From Carcharhinus longimanus (lineage: Eukaryota), in assembly GCA_030264375.1 (NCBI GenBank), contig JASCQW010000043.1, forward strand, positions 88,799,127 through 88,863,126: a DNA stretch of 64,000 nt. Direction: 5' to 3'. The notes below the pieces were generated by a model. That model searched no databases, had not been told where the DNA came from, and saw only the letters and a program-made list of their open reading frames with translations. This document shows positions 61,787-64,000 of the stretch, in pieces. The translations under genes were made by a program, and so were the position numbers. How positions within the stretch are numbered: position 1 is the stretch's first letter; each line of letters opens with the position of its first letter.

Positions 61787-62050
61787 GTGATGAAGATGGG
61801 CTGCCCGTCAATCTGTCAGCTTCTGCTGCAACGTGGTGCAGATCCCAACCGGCAAGATAAGTATCGAATCGCATTAATTCACGATGTAGCCAGGGAAGGT
61901 TTCTTGGACACGCTGAAAATCCTGGTAGAAGTTGGGATGGCTGACACCAATCTCCGGGACAATAACAACTGTCGACCCATCGATCTGGCAGAGCAAAACG
62001 GCCACTGGGATGTGGTGAACTATCTAGGTAACTTAAATCAAGGCGATTGA
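61787..62050 (+). CDS. CDKN2B: INK4-family CDK inhibitor (CDKN2A/B-like), coding exon 2
   Basis: A long pyrimidine tract precedes the acceptor TTTCAG|GTG. Translates to VMKMGCPSICQLLLQRGADPN..HDVAREGFLDTL..RPIDLAEQNGHWDVVNYL..stop. The spliced product is 128 aa with 4 ankyrin repeats. Confidence 0.93.
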   Translation: MMKMGCPSICQLLLQRGADPNRQDKYRIALIHDVAREGFLDTLKILVEVGMADTNLRDNNNCRPIDLAEQNGHWDVVNYLGNLNQGD

Positions 62051-62166
62051 CTGACTGTCTTTTTCTTGGGAGACATGCTGCCTTTCTTTTCGTTTCTGAT
62101 TTTGAAAGGTGTTTTGGAGGACTTTTTTTTTAAAGTTCGACATTGCTGTAAAATGTACAGATTTCA

Positions 62167-62172
62167 AATAAA
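62167..62172 (+). terminator. Candidate polyadenylation signal of the INK4 gene
   Basis: AATAAA ~117 nt after the stop codon, in an AT-rich 3' region. Confidence 0.5.
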
Positions 62173-62794
62173 AGTACTGTAAATACAACAAAAATGTTTT
62201 AAGAAATAGTATATAAAAACTCAAATGAAATATGTGCCGTAACATCTTTTGGCATTTAATTTATAGACAAATCGCTACATTTACAGTAATGACATATGAT
62301 TATAGCCTATGATTTCTAGAAAAGAAAGTTCCCCCATATGGCTCAACCAAATTTTGGCCACTTTTCCGCACATCTCTTTCTGCCATCCCATTTCCTAATG
62401 TTTCTTTTTGATTACCTTTAAAGCGCGTTTTATTTTTTTTTATTTGGAGCTGACATATTTTCTAGTGTCCCTGATGACTGCATTAACTCGTCTATAGGAC
62501 CGTTCGCCCGTTCCAAGTTTTTATAATTTTCATTATCGAAACAATGTATTTCTATAATTTCCCTGCAGTCTTTCAACAGCTCAGCTAATATTCAAAGAAT
62601 TGCCTGATTCATTCCATACTTAATGACATCTTTAGAGGTAATTGAGAATTGGAAGGGTTTAGGTAAATTAATTCTATATACCATGTACGTTCCGCAGAGG
62701 GTTCTGGAGTACAATGTTATTTTTTCACGTGAGGAGTGGGGAGCGGGGGCAAACTCGAATAGTATCACCTATATTCGGATATCCCTCCAGCATA

Positions 62795-62912
62795 AGTTCA
62801 TAAGATATAGGAGCAGAATTAGGTCATTCGGCCCATCGAGTATGCTCCACCATTCGATCATGGCTGATATGCTTCTCATCCCCATTTTCCTGCCTTCTCC
62901 CCATAATCTTTC
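62795..62912 (-). mobile_element. Short CR1 3' end
   Basis: CATAAGATATAGGAGCAGAATTAGG..ATCATGGCTGAT. Confidence 0.75.
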
Positions 62913-64000
62913 AACCCAGCAATAAAGTTTAACTCCATTTAATATATGTGCCTCTTCACCCATTAGAATTGAATATCAATTGACTCTGACCCAAACAGTG
63001 GGCCACCAGGTTTATTCACTGTAATTTTTTCAATCAGATCAACTCACTACTAATCGTCCCCATCTCTGCACGGCGTTCCCGAAACTTCACATGGATGCGC
63101 TCGTTTTTAAAATATATTTAACGTCTTGTGACAAGATATCTGTGTAACAAACATTCGACTGATGCATTTACAATTGCGAGATCCATTTCGTCTTTGAATC
63201 TTAATTTATGTTGTTTTGCATTTCCTCCAAAAGAAAGAGCAAATAATTACCCTTAACTCCCAGTTCTAGGGTATTTATTTTAAAATTTAGAAGCGGTTTT
63301 AATGTGTGATCCAATCCGGTTACATGTCCTAAGGCAATAATGGGCTCCGCTTTCTTCTATCGTGACATGTTAAAGTTAAGTATGATTCATGGAGTAAACA
63401 TTTCACAGATCTACGCCCTCAATGACTATTGGGTACAGAATGAAAAATGCCACGTATCCCTTGTCACTTTTAAAAAGCTTAGATGAAATTCTGTTGTACC
63501 CTATTAGGGTGCTGCACTTGAGAAATGTCTTATAGATGAAAAATATATAATTTAGACCATTATTTATTTATTTTTATGCAATTGCAATACCTCTTTGTAT
63601 GTGCCACTGGTATATAAAAATGCGCCCGATTCCGCATGCATTCTGCCATAAACTGTAGATTTCCACCGTTGATATATCTTAATGCCTGTATGACACAACT
63701 GCAAATACTGGAAACGAAATTAAAACAGGAAGCTCTGGAGGTACAGGCATTAAGAGAAAATGTAACATATGTCATTTAGAGAAAAGACGGGTTCTGTAAT
63801 TACTAATGAATCTCATTATGCTGGGTGAGTTATGAAAGTGTTTTTGTACTGTCGACAGTGACTGAGCTTTCAATTTCTCACTTTATGCGTTGTGACTTTA
63901 CCTTACATTAAGTGTTTGTGTACACTGTAATAATGAATTTTGCCTTGTTAGTCCTCAGGTTTGAACTGGAGTGTCCCTTAATTTTTACAGCAGAACAGAA

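Noticed and set aside
1-64000. CRISPR arrays, rRNA, or neighbouring MTAP/DMRTA1/FAF1 exons
   Set aside because: Eukaryotic DNA with no repeat-spacer periodicity; no matching peptides were seen.

Overview
Repeat-rich vertebrate genomic DNA with many N-gaps. The repeat content (HE1-type tRNA SINEs, CR1 and L2 LINEs, Deu/SacSINE1-like SINEs, Penelope-derived inverted repeats) points to a shark or other elasmobranch. The only well-supported protein-coding gene is a two-coding-exon INK4 CDK4/6 inhibitor (CDKN2A/B-like, 128 aa, 4 ankyrin repeats; + strand, 59921-60043 and 61787-62050). It has a CpG-rich promoter with NRF1, CRE, GC-box and p53-like motifs, inside a ~11 kb CpG-retaining domain. The ~59 kb upstream is gene-poor: nested transposon debris, a pol-less Gypsy/SCAN-gag LTR element, a fossil Harbinger Myb/SANT gene, and three more CpG-retaining blocks. 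The block at ~15 kb looks like the first exon of an unidentified divergent minus-strand transcript. The most notable hidden structure is two unrelated families of Penelope-derived fold-back elements that both carry minimal, dimer-type hammerhead ribozyme motifs. One copy (54051-54087) keeps a complete catalytic core with a compensatory stem I change. No ARF exon 1-beta was recognisable. Repeat boundaries are read by eye (about +/-20 bp) and family names come from recalled consensus features, not from a database search.
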